DNA of 63,283 bases, the filler included, from Stramenopiles sp. TOSAG23-3 (Eukaryota): NCBI GenBank assembly GCA_900128585.1. It is 10 parts of 10 records of this genome, joined end to end, with 100 filler letters (N's around TTAATTAATTAA, not from the genome) between each part and the next. Parts side by side here need not be neighbours in the genome. Positions count along the whole stretch, not along the records: positions 25,429 to 31,681 come from LT643355.1; positions 31,782 to 38,019 come from LT643356.1; positions 38,120 to 44,340 come from LT643358.1; 7 more parts are not named here. The stretch is one strand, 5' to 3'. Below, piece after piece: positions 30,599 through 41,200 of the stretch (its first letter is position 1; every line of letters begins with the position of its first letter). The position numbers and the translations under genes are program-made. The notes below the pieces were generated by a model that saw only the letters and a list, made by a program, of their open reading frames with translations, had not been told where the DNA came from and made no database searches.

Positions 30599-31681
30599 TT
30601 AGCACTTATAAATATACCACTGCGGCATGGGCCCGCCAAGCTCTGGTTTTGTGTCCTTCCACATCACGTTCACTCGTAGATTATATAATGCAGTAAACTC
30701 GTCAACGGCGTCTTTCACACCAAATCTATAGCCTGCTGCTTCAACATTACCATTGATATAATCGTCGCCAGCAAATATTCCGCCCTTTTTTAGCTTTGCG
30801 TACCAGATTTGTAGGTCCCTTCTTGCTTCAAAGTACGTGTGCGTCGCGTCGAGATACAAAAAATCGAAATAGCCATCAGGGTAAAGCCCTGCAGCATGGG
30901 TAGTTAAGTTTCTGACAATTTTGTACCGCTTTGAGCCAAACTTCGAGACGCGATTGATTGCTTGGTTCAAGTCATCATTTCTGTCATATAAATAATGATC
31001 CACGGCCCCCCAGACATCGACCATGTGTAATCGTCCCTTCTTCCAAATCGATAAAATCCTTTCAGAAAACTCTCCTCTGTGAACCCCAAGTTCAGCGGCT
31101 TCCCCGTTCAACTGCAACTGGTTCAAAAGCACCAAGAGCTCTTCGCGCGACGTGAGCTGCTTAAGCATGGGCACCGGCTCATGTGCCCGGTCGAAATTCA
31201 AAATGGGTTCTAAAACTTCCTTTGGCAATGCTTTGATTGCATCGTGGCAAAAATGGTGCCTTACGGATTGGACGCCAATGGACGAAAGCCCACTTTCGTA
31301 CTCGAGAATGGCTTCGTTGTTCTTTCGAATTCCAGCATTATGCTCCTTTTCACAAACTTTATTGTTGTCTTCCTTGTTCGTCTTTATTTCTTTCAGGAGT
31401 ATGAAATTCTGTTGTATTAAATCAATGTTTTTTCGGTTCTGAAAAAGGAAATTGCTGTACAGACTTTCAAGCTTCAAAATCCTTTCAAGCCCTTTTTTTT
31501 CAAACGCATCGGCGCACTCATCAGTAGGAAGAATTTGATGCCCGCGGCATACCGCCAAATACGACTCGCGAGTGCCGTATGGAATGAGTTGTTCTACACC
31601 GTTTATTACTACTTGAAAGCCTTCCTCCGTTCTTACCAGAACGAACAACGAACAAAGCAGCAGAAGAAGCACTTGGACGCT
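30599..31681 (-). CDS. Class I SAM-dependent methyltransferase (Methyltransf_24-like), likely secretory, start at or beyond contig edge
   Basis: Motif I AAELGVHRGEFS, FDFLYLDATHTY, LKKGGIFAGDDY, GVKDAVDEF; hydrophobic N-terminus. Confidence 0.85.
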   Translation of the reverse strand, partial: SVQVLLLLLCSLFVLVRTEEGFQVVINGVEQLIPYGTRESYLAVCRGHQILPTDECADAFEKKGLERILKLESLYSNFLFQNRKNIDLIQQNFILLKEIKTNKEDNNKVCEKEHNAGIRKNNEAILEYESGLSSIGVQSVRHHFCHDAIKALPKEVLEPILNFDRAHEPVPMLKQLTSREELLVLLNQLQLNGEAAELGVHRGEFSERILSIWKKGRLHMVDVWGAVDHYLYDRNDDLNQAINRVSKFGSKRYKIVRNLTTHAAGLYPDGYFDFLYLDATHTYFEARRDLQIWYAKLKKGGIFAGDDYINGNVEAAGYRFGVKDAVDEFTALYNLRVNVMWKDTKPELGGPMPQWYIYKC

Positions 31682-31781
31682 NNNNNNNNNNNNNNNNNNN
31701 NNNNNNNNNNNNNNNNNNNNNNNNNTTAATTAATTAANNNNNNNNNNNNNNNNNNNNNNNNNNNNNNNNNNNNNNNNNNNN
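31682..31781. other. Artificial contig linker
   Basis: N44-TTAATTAATTAA-N44. Confidence 0.98.
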
Positions 31782-32799
31782 ATGATAATCAACATTTTCT
31801 TTAACGCACAATTTTGCTTTTTATCTCTCCCCCCCCCATCACTGTGTCGTGTTATTTGGCCAAATTAAGGTAAGAATACCCCATCCATATCACCAAGACG
31901 ACATTTCTTATGTTTTTATACTAGTCTAATATAACTCACATACTCGTACATCTGCAATCAGCTCATTAGTATAAATAATTGTATTCTTGTATTATATAAT
32001 CTACCTATTGTATTTTTCTCTAATTTAAAGTTGATCCTCTCTCTCCTCCTCCTTTCGTTTTCTTTCTTTTTTTCCTTTTTTTTTTTCAGGAAGTAATGAT
32101 TTGTTTCCCTCGTGTTATTTATTATAAGACCTACTACTGTTATGTTGTTATATTTTATTCATATTTATTTCTTAATTTATAAAATTATGAAACGATCTTC
32201 TATTTTTAGCAAATATAAACTCCAACAAAAAATGTTCGTTTCATTTCACATATTTCGCTTCCATCGATGCCTTTGTTGTTTTTTCTTTTGGCTGCTGTTC
32301 TCGCTGCTTCTATATAAAATGAATTGTTGTAACGAATGATAATTATAGCGACACAAATATGAAGCATTCGTTATACCGGTTTAATTCTGTTTTTATCTTG
32401 TGTTACTCTTTTATAATACTGTACTATTGGTATATTTCATCCATAGAACTGTTTCAGTTTATTACATTATTATGGAGAAAAATGTCTTCGTGGCTTTCCG
32501 ATGATTAAAAACTTTTTTCCCATTGTGTGTCATTGTATTATAAAAGAGAATGATGGAAGGTGGTAGGCGATAGGCGATAGGCGATAGGCGGCGGTGGCAC
32601 GCGATGAAGGATAATGCAATCAATCCGTTTAGATGTACCGTATCAATCAATCCAACTATCCGAGTGATCCCTTATTGAAATTACATAATATTTGTTCATT
32701 ACGAGAGTAGTTTTCTGACCATCCGGAAACCCCATATATTCGTTTGAAATTTTTCTTCCTTTTGAGCCACATACCTTGTAGCCACGAATTTAAATTTCC

Positions 32800-35700
32800 A
32801 TGAGTAAGGTCACGCCCGTAGCTCCAGGGCAGGAAATTGTGCCCCATGACGACTTAAAAGACAATGAGCATAACTACGACTTGGCGGAGCGAAAGAGCGC
32901 GAGGGCGAAGGTGAGGATTCTTTGCGAAGAGCCAAATTCGTCCAAATTAGCCGAAGTCTACCACACGGTCTTTTCGCTCATTATTGTTGTCAGTATTTGC
33001 TGTTACATGTTTTCCTCTTTGAACGATGCCGGCAAGGCGGACCCGAAGAACTTTGCACCAGAGACCTACAAGGCTTTAGAGGTTTCGTTCACGGTCTTGT
33101 TTACGATAGACCTAATCGTCCGCGGCCTTACTGCGGACACTTGCATCCGACGGCGGAAACATTTGCGAAAGAACGAGGAGCCGCACCCGCCGTTCCTTTT
33201 GGACGTCCTGAACCTGTTCGATCTGCTGTCGGTCCTTCCGCTGCCAATCGAGGAAGTGTTCTCAACCACCCCGGGCCTGGAAGCGACCGTGAGTGCAGCA
33301 GACTTGAAGCTGCTTGGGGTATTTCGAGTCATGCGCGTCTTTAAAATCGCCCGGCACTTCGACGGGACAAGGGTCCTAGCGACCACGCTGAAGAGGAGTG
33401 TCAAGCCCCTGGTCGTTTCGATCTTTATGCTCGTCGCCTTCGGCTGCATTGTAGCCGGGCTTCTCTTCTTCTTTGAGCCGTGTTATTCGACTTCTTGCGT
33501 CCTCCGCGACTGCTACAATACTGGGTACTACATTGCGATTACGCTGACGACGGTCGGCTACGGGGACCAGATCCCCACCACGGTGATGGGACGAATGATC
33601 GGCGTGTTCTGTATGCTGATCGGGTCCTTCTACATGGCCATGCCCCTTGCCGTTATTGGGAGCAGGTTCGAAGAAGCGTTCCAAGAGCGAGAGAAAGAAA
33701 AGGCCGCGCTCAGCGAGGAGTACGAGAAACTGGTCCTTCGGTCTTTGCAGGGGGTGACCCGCCGCCAGCGAAGGGATCGGATCTGTCGGTTGGGGTACCA
33801 AGTGGCCGAGTCCCTGGACGAGCTGCAGGACAACATCAACGACCTGGATGGCTCCGTCTCGACAAAGAAGAAGATGTTCGATACGTTGCACACTCGGTTG
33901 CTGCAGTTTAGTATGGACCTTCGCGTCCTCTTCAAGCTGAAGGCCCCCATAAGCCTGACCGCTTCGACGGGGAAACCAGACGTGGATTCGTTCTGGGACG
34001 CCGACCTGTACACTGGGGACGACATGAGCTTGGAGGATGTTGGCGTCGACAAGTTGGAAGATATCCACCGCGAGCACAGGCTCTACTACGAGGAAATTAT
34101 GGAACAGCTCGACAATGCCCGCAACAAGAAAAGCATTCGCTCAAAAATTTGGCTACTCATGGAAGTCAAAGACTCCTCGAAGTGGGCCAGGCGGTTGCAC
34201 AACCTTCGCTTGCTCGTAACGGCGCTGAGTATCCTGGTTTGCTTTGCCGAGACCATGCCAGAAATGAACGACTTTGGAGAGGAATCCCGCGTATGCTCTC
34301 AAGTCGTGGGGTACTACTGTGAAAGAAACATTTCCACTCCAATCGCTCCGGCCGTCTTCGATGACGACCAAGAGGCGCTGAACAAACAAAATAACCGAGG
34401 GTGCTTCCCCTCAACTGACATGTACATGGTGAACCATGTCAATGCGTACTTGAAGGCCAATGGCGATAATCTGATTGAACCATATGGAGGATGCATGGTG
34501 GAGGATCTCAACAAACCGTCCGACTGCAAATTTCCCTCCCCAGGCTTCACTTGCAGCCAACCGGACGTTCCCGAAGGAAACAGTACCGTCGACAAAGCGA
34601 ACTATGTGCTTGCGATGTACTACGGAAGGGGCCTGAACGGCACCGAGAGTGTCGACGCGCTGTTTACAAAATGGTCACGCGAATATGCAATGTCAAGCGC
34701 TTTGTGGAGGATCCCGTTCGACCCTGCCCTAAGGCATCTCCAATACCCAGAAGACTTTACGGCAATATGCGAACGTATCCAGTGCACGGAAACGTACAAC
34801 CCCATCAACAAAGACTCGTTTGCCAATTACACGGACAAAGGGGAGTTCTTTATGCTGTGCGAGTCTTTCTTTGCGCTGTTTTTTATCATGGAACTGATAC
34901 TTCGTCTGTTTACGGTACGGAATTACCGTCATTGGTTATCGTTAAAAGCAAACATTGTGGACGTCGTCGCCATTATGACGACCGTGTTTGAAGTTCTTTA
35001 CGTGCCGTACGCGGCGGGGAAATTCACGTACGAAGTGTGGGGCAATGGTGCATTGTTTGACCCGGCAACCTTCCGCGTGTTTCGAGTACTGGTCTCTATC
35101 CGCTTCATAACGATGCAACGCCACTTCAGCGGCCTGCAAGTTATCATAAAGACGGTAGAGCTGGTCAAAGGGAAAATGGCTATACCGCTCTTCTTTCTCT
35201 TTATTTTCGTAACGCTCTTTGCTTCAGTGTTCAATTTCTTTGAGCGCGGTGCCCTGTACGAATGTCCAACTTTCAACCCCGACGTTGGAAGCGTTGATAA
35301 AAGCAAATGCACGCGTTGCACGCACGAGTCCCATGGGAAGTTACAGAAAGGATTTGGAAACAATAAAACCGTCACAAACCGCCTGTACGACGGATCGTGC
35401 TCACTAATGGTTGAAATTTACACCGGCGATGGGCCAGAAGTCTTAGCCCCTACTGCAATTGAAAATGTGTTCGACGCTTGGTGGACCACGGCTGTCACAA
35501 TGACAACCGTAGGATACGGTGGGAAATACCCGGTCAGGGCGGCGGGGAAATTTGTTGCAATTGCAGCGGCAATGGTTGGTACATTTTACTTGGCGATGCC
35601 TTTGACAATTATTGGTACACAGTTTTACGACGTGTACACCCAAGTCGAAGAGGAAGATGCGGAAGACGCTGTTAAGCGTGAAATGCTGTTCCATCCGGAA

Positions 35701-36036
35701 CGGTTTGAGAACGAGGACCAAGATGATGGAAACATCTCCGATGTTCAGAGAAAGGATTCATTTGGTCATGTAAGTCTGGGCACGCTTTCCAGAATCAAAA
35801 AAATGTCATTGAGGAGAAAAAAGAGAAACAAAGAAGATCTAACTGACGTTGAACGGAGACGGTGCGAAGAGTACGTCACCGCGGCCGGATCTGTCCGGGC
35901 CAGCGCAGAAGACCACTCGGTTGAGGAATTTGACAAATTTTTCAAACAACACATAAAGCTTATGGTAATAATCAGTGCAAAGTTCTACCGAGACTTCGAC
36001 CAAGGTGGCATCAAAATGATTGGCTCCCGTGACTAG
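32800..36036 (+). CDS. Two-repeat (2 x 6TM) voltage-gated potassium channel
   Basis: Two S4 segments (FRVMRVFKIARH; FRVFRVLVSIRFITMQRH), two filters TTVGYGD (33547-33567) and TTVGYGG (35503-35523), two S6 segments (AMPLAVIG; AMPLTIIG). Confidence 0.92.
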   Translation: MSKVTPVAPGQEIVPHDDLKDNEHNYDLAERKSARAKVRILCEEPNSSKLAEVYHTVFSLIIVVSICCYMFSSLNDAGKADPKNFAPETYKALEVSFTVLFTIDLIVRGLTADTCIRRRKHLRKNEEPHPPFLLDVLNLFDLLSVLPLPIEEVFSTTPGLEATVSAADLKLLGVFRVMRVFKIARHFDGTRVLATTLKRSVKPLVVSIFMLVAFGCIVAGLLFFFEPCYSTSCVLRDCYNTGYYIAITLTTVGYGDQIPTTVMGRMIGVFCMLIGSFYMAMPLAVIGSRFEEAFQEREKEKAALSEEYEKLVLRSLQGVTRRQRRDRICRLGYQVAESLDELQDNINDLDGSVSTKKKMFDTLHTRLLQFSMDLRVLFKLKAPISLTASTGKPDVDSFWDADLYTGDDMSLEDVGVDKLEDIHREHRLYYEEIMEQLDNARNKKSIRSKIWLLMEVKDSSKWARRLHNLRLLVTALSILVCFAETMPEMNDFGEESRVCSQVVGYYCERNISTPIAPAVFDDDQEALNKQNNRGCFPSTDMYMVNHVNAYLKANGDNLIEPYGGCMVEDLNKPSDCKFPSPGFTCSQPDVPEGNSTVDKANYVLAMYYGRGLNGTESVDALFTKWSREYAMSSALWRIPFDPALRHLQYPEDFTAICERIQCTETYNPINKDSFANYTDKGEFFMLCESFFALFFIMELILRLFTVRNYRHWLSLKANIVDVVAIMTTVFEVLYVPYAAGKFTYEVWGNGALFDPATFRVFRVLVSIRFITMQRHFSGLQVIIKTVELVKGKMAIPLFFLFIFVTLFASVFNFFERGALYECPTFNPDVGSVDKSKCTRCTHESHGKLQKGFGNNKTVTNRLYDGSCSLMVEIYTGDGPEVLAPTAIENVFDAWWTTAVTMTTVGYGGKYPVRAAGKFVAIAAAMVGTFYLAMPLTIIGTQFYDVYTQVEEEDAEDAVKREMLFHPERFENEDQDDGNISDVQRKDSFGHVSLGTLSRIKKMSLRRKKRNKEDLTDVERRRCEEYVTAAGSVRASAEDHSVEEFDKFFKQHIKLMVIISAKFYRDFDQGGIKMIGSRD

Positions 36037-36282
36037 AAGAAGAGAAGAGTAGGGAAGGTAACTTTTACCAATTCGTGACTGGGTTTTCATCAAAATTGGC
36101 GGTCTCATTTTTAAAAACAAACAAAAATATTAAAAAATAATTAATACATATATTATACTAACTTAATGCATAATTTTAGTTCAGCAAACTGTCTTAAGTA
36201 AGTTTTAAAAACCAATTTTTTGTTTTTAAAAAATGTACACACTAAGTTTACACTAAATTCTGACTTAATTTTAATTATACTT

Positions 36283-36308
36283 TTAAATAACAGCCACGTT
36301 TCTTGTTT
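36283..36308 (-). terminator. Conserved post-stop element, variant copy
   Basis: TTAAATAACAGCCACGTTTCTTGTTT, 38 bp downstream of the DRG stop. Confidence 0.45.
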
Positions 36309-36346
36309 AATTTATGACTAAAGGTCTGTTTTATGAATATGCGGTC

Positions 36347-37456
36347 TTAACCTTTCACAATCTGCACAACGTCCTCGTCATCGAGCTCGTGAGTCAGACC
36401 ACATTTCTGGGGCTGGTGCTTTACAGACGAGCCCCACACCCACGCGTACTTGAATTTCTTTCGAATTTCCTTGTGCAAAGAATCGCACAAATCGGAAATT
36501 AACTTCTTGTCGCGAGACAAAATGACGGGTTCGTCGTAATCGGGAATTGCTCCTTTCGGTTTTGTATAAATGCGAACCATATTGCAGTACTCCCAGGTTT
36601 TTTGCAATAGCTCGTCGAAATTCCACTCTTTGTGTGCACTAATGGGCACGTAGTGTGGTACCTTGTCCAATAGATCAAGCTCTTCGATGGTGATGGAATC
36701 AATTTTATTTAACACGTATAAACATGGGGTGTACACGACTCCGCCTTGTATGACATCGACCAAATCGTCGATCGTGCATTTATCGTCACGAATAGAGATG
36801 TGAGCGCTATTAATTCGGTATTCTTTGCAAACTGCCGTGACCGTTGGCATGTTCCATTCGTCTTGATTTAGCGTTATAGTAGATGTCAGGTTAATGCCAC
36901 CGGAACCTTTCTGCTGAAACACAATGTTTGGCTTTTTCTTGTTCAAACGGATTCCAAACCCCTCCAACTCGCGCTGGATAAGACGCCGGTGCGTCAAAGG
37001 CTTCAACGCGTCAAGAACGATCATAATCATGTGGCACGTGCGCGCAACGCCGATTACCTGCCGCCCTCTACCCTTTCCGTCCTTGGCCCCTTCGATGATT
37101 CCCGGCAGGTCCAGGAGCTGGATCTTTGCGCCGTTGTAACGAATTGTCCCAGGGACGCACGTAAGGGTGGTAAACTCGTAGCCGGCGGCCTCGGAGAACG
37201 TCCCCGTGAGTTTGGTGAGCAGCGTGCTTTTCCCAACGGAGGGAAACCCAATGAGCCCGACTCTAGCGTTCCCAGACGCCCTTACGTCGAAACCTTCCCC
37301 GCCGCCCCCGCCCCCAGATTTGGTTCCATCCACTAGCTCGCGCTTCAACTTCGCAAGTTTCGCCTTCAAAAGCCCCAAGTGGGCGTTCGTTGCCTTGTTT
37401 TTCTGCGTCCGAGCCATTTCGGCCTCAATATCTTGGATTTTCTGAACAGTGGTCAT
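36347..37456 (-). CDS. DRG1: Developmentally regulated GTP-binding protein (DRG1/Rbg1-like, OBG family)
   Basis: [58 protein letters not shown], and TGS domain [14 protein letters not shown]...DEDVVQIVK. Confidence 0.93.
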   Translation of the reverse strand: MTTVQKIQDIEAEMARTQKNKATNAHLGLLKAKLAKLKRELVDGTKSGGGGGGEGFDVRASGNARVGLIGFPSVGKSTLLTKLTGTFSEAAGYEFTTLTCVPGTIRYNGAKIQLLDLPGIIEGAKDGKGRGRQVIGVARTCHMIMIVLDALKPLTHRRLIQRELEGFGIRLNKKKPNIVFQQKGSGGINLTSTITLNQDEWNMPTVTAVCKEYRINSAHISIRDDKCTIDDLVDVIQGGVVYTPCLYVLNKIDSITIEELDLLDKVPHYVPISAHKEWNFDELLQKTWEYCNMVRIYTKPKGAIPDYDEPVILSRDKKLISDLCDSLHKEIRKKFKYAWVWGSSVKHQPQKCGLTHELDDEDVVQIVKG

Positions 37457-37884
37457 GATGGCGTGGTGTCCTGTCTACGTAAAGTTTCAAAATATATATT
37501 TATAAACCCACAGTCTCGGTTGTCGGTGCTTTCGTGTGAAAAGATTGTATTAATTTGAAAGAAAAATAATAAACCGATAGATATCTTTTCGTTTGTTAAA
37601 AGTATTTCATTAATCGTTCTAATTCATAGATACAATTATTTGTTGAGTTTATTATTTATTAATAATAATAATAATAAAATTTAAAGAAGGAGAGGAGGAA
37701 ATCATAAACGGGCGCACCACCGCTTTTATATCACTTAAATATGAACACAACAGTATAAATATAATAGATCAACTATCAGATCAATTGAATAGAATATAAA
37801 AAAAGAAGAAGAAGATTGGATGGACGGACTCTTCCAAGAAGAAAGACTATATATAAATATTATAAATAAATTAAATGAAAGAAA

Positions 37885-38019
37885 TAGGAAGAAAGAAGAG
37901 AGAAAAGAGAAAAGAGAAAAGAGAAAAGAGAAGAGAGAAGAGAGAAAAGAGAAAAGAGAAAAGAGAAGAGAGAAAAGAGAAGAGAGAAGAGAGAAGAGAG
38001 AAAAGAGAAGAGAGAAGAG
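37885..38019. repeat. Polypurine (GAGAA/GAAAA)n low-complexity tract at contig edge
   Basis: Read directly from the sequence. Confidence 0.9.
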
Positions 38020-38119
38020 NNNNNNNNNNNNNNNNNNNNNNNNNNNNNNNNNNNNNNNNNNNNTTAATTAATTAANNNNNNNNNNNNNNNNNNNNNNNNN
38101 NNNNNNNNNNNNNNNNNNN
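38020..38119. other. Artificial contig linker
   Basis: N44-TTAATTAATTAA-N44. Confidence 0.98.
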
Positions 38120-38198
38120 CGTCTAGCTCTTGTTTGGCTCAATTATGATTAATACTTCATGTTTAAGATTTAGCTCGTCTAGCTCTGTTTGACTTTAT
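38120..38198 (-). repeat. 79-bp inverted copy of 42500-42578
   Basis: Its reverse complement (ATAAAGTCAAACAGAGCTAGACGAGCTAAATC...CCAAACAAGAGCTAGACG) matches 42500-42578 exactly. Confidence 0.9.
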
Positions 38199-38268
38199 AT
38201 CGCAGGAAGAACTTGGCGTATATTTAAGCAATTGCCTGATAGCCTCAGAACCTACAGGGAAGGTTCGT

Positions 38269-41200
38269 GTGGCACGGCAATATTTTGATATTCACAGTAA
38301 TGATGACGTAATGATTGAGGTTGAGAAGCGAATCAGGGTACCCGCAGGGACGCGGATTGCTCAGGTCGAGACCATATCACAGGAGGAACGGGCGGCGCGG
38401 ATATGTCCAGAGGAAATTATTCGAGAGGTTGTCGCAGCAGTGCAGGTAGAACAACAGGATCCCTGTGACACTGGGACACAGCATAGACAACCGGCAGACG
38501 GTGATGATGGAGAGCAGTTCGATTATCCTCAAGGACCGGCGAGGGCGCGCCAGCCACAGCCTACGTGGCGATCCCTGCTGGGCCGGGATCCTAGTAAAGA
38601 CCCGGGGTACGAACCAGCCACAGGCGAGCGTATGAAACAACTTAGAGAGGAACTACAGCTGGATCAAAAGACATACTTTAGTAAGATTTTTTCACCACGG
38701 CAACGGGTGAGGGCGATGAGTATAATACAGAGGTATAGTCATGTATGGAAAACTATTGTTACGCCAATACCACGCAGTGTTGCGGAACATGTAATCGACA
38801 CAGGAGACCAGCCACCGCCATACACCCGACAGTACCCCCTTAACCCATGGCAAAAGGAAGGGGTGCGCCAAATGGTCAAGGAATTGCTATCGCAAGGGCT
38901 AATCCAGGAGTCGACGTCACCGTATTGTAGTCCTCTTTTGGTGGTGCCAAAACCCGATGGGTCACCACGCGTATGCTTTGACGCAAGAAAGCTAAATGCA
39001 ATTACGAAGAAGGATCGGTACCCTGTCCCAAACGTCACGGAATGCTTGAATCGATTGAGTGGAGCTTGCATTTTCTCCACGGGAGACGCTTTGTCTGGGT
39101 TTTGGCAAATTTTACTACGAATAGAAGACAGGATCAAAACTGCATTTGCAACGGAGGATGGACTTTTCGAATTTGTGGTGATGCCGTTTGGGTTGTGTAA
39201 TGCTCCGTCGACGTTCTGCAGGGCAATGGACAAAATCATGGGAGATCTACGCACGCTGTTCGTAGTTCTGTACGTAGACGATTGGATGATTCCTACAAAG
39301 GCGGAACGAGGAATCGATGTTATTGATTTACACCTAGATCAGCTGGAGGCAACATTAGCAAAATTTTCGATAGCGGGCATGTCTTTGAAAGCAAAGAAGA
39401 CATACTTATTCGAACTACGTGTTAAATTCTTGGGGCACATCGTGTCAGAAAAAGGCAGGGAGCCCGCACCTGACACAGTCTCGGTCATCAAAGAAGCACA
39501 ACCACCCCGAACGAAGAGCGCTATCAAGAGCTGGACTGGAGCAGTGGGATACTATCGACACTTCGTCCCACAGTTGGCCAAGAAACTCAAGCCAATTAAC
39601 GACCTGACAAGGGATGGCGTCCGGTTTGGCCAATCTACAGCAAACCGGCTGTGGACGAAGCAACATCAAAAGCTATTTCAAGAAATCAAAGATGCGCTGA
39701 CTTCCAATCCTATTTTATGCCATCCAGATTTTGCCAAACCATTCGAAATACATACGGATGGGTCGGTCAGTGGTATCGGGGCGACACTGATACAGCATGA
39801 TAATGAAGGACGAGAGCGGGTCGTCGAATATGCGTCACGCGGGCTTACGCCCGCGGAGTCAAGATACGAAACGAGAGAGTTAGAGTGTTTAGCACTAATA
39901 TTTGCCATTCGAAAATTTCACAGATACTTGGGTCAAAGTTTCACAGCGGTAGTGGACCACAAAAATCTACTCAGCTTACAATCATACGTAAAGCACAATC
40001 GACGTTTACAACGATGGGCTATCGAACTAAGCCAATACGGAATTACGATGAAACATAAGAAGGGCGAAGAGCATGTAATGGCGGATTTGTGCTCACGATT
40101 ACCAGAGTTTAATACAGAACGGTTACAGGCAACACCGGCTCCAGTGATAAGACAGGTGCTAACGGGCAAGATCACGACGGAAATGGCTAGACAACAGGAG
40201 GCAAACGAAATTTTCAAGGAGTTAGAAGGGATGCTAGACGAGCTAGCACCGGACGACAACGTTGCAATACGAGTGGTATCATCTAAAATGGAAGGGAAGG
40301 AGACGGAGGAGACGGACCTTACATCAAAAAGCCAAGAGGAAGAAGCGGACGTGGTACCAGGGGTACAACTGCAAACGCTTCCAACCCGGATTAAATTCTC
40401 AAATCCAGTGGTAACACTGGACGAACTCCGTCAAGCCCAGATCGAGGACGATGCGTGGAACAGAATACGCGTCGACATTTCATCAAAACGTCGCCAATGC
40501 AAGCATTCATATTTATACGACTTGGACGAGAACGACATATTGGTATTCACAGGAACATACATATATCACAAAACCAGGGAGGAAAGAAAACATGGAAGAC
40601 GGATTGTAGTGCCAAAACGTGTTAGGAGAAGGCTAATTTGGAATTTCCACAACACAATAGAGGCGGGGCACACCGGACACATGAACGTTTTCGAAAAAAT
40701 AAGCGAACGTTTTTGCTGGCCGGGAATGTTTGGTGACATAAAAAGAGAGATACAAAGCTGCCCACAATGCCGCAAGGCAAAGCTAACTAATTCATCACGT
40801 TTAGACAGATTGAAGACGATTCTAACACAACTGCCGTTCGAAATTCTATATGTTGATCACGTAGAAATACCGGCGAAAAATAGTGGAAATTATACGCATA
40901 TAATCACGATGATGGACGGATTTTCTCGTTTTCTGGTAGCAGAGGTGGTACGGTCCACAGAGTCCCGTGTAGCTTGCAAGGTGGTCTGGGATAGAATTGT
41001 GTGTGGCCTAGGACGAATCCCGGGCGTAATAGTGTGCGATAACGGATTCGACAGCGATGAATGGAAAGCATTCTGCAGAGATTTAGGTTCGAAACCGGCC
41101 GTAACAGCACCATACAACCCAAGAGCGAATAGGGTGGAACGTACACACCGTTTCCTTAAAGCACTACTGAGAATAGCGGCGGAGAATATGGGCCAGGCAA

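Noticed and set aside
19492-31672. Apparent cluster of GH3, sulfotransferase and methyltransferase genes as a glycan pathway
   Set aside because: It spans a linker, so GH3 is on a different contig. The remaining two-gene adjacency is too weak.
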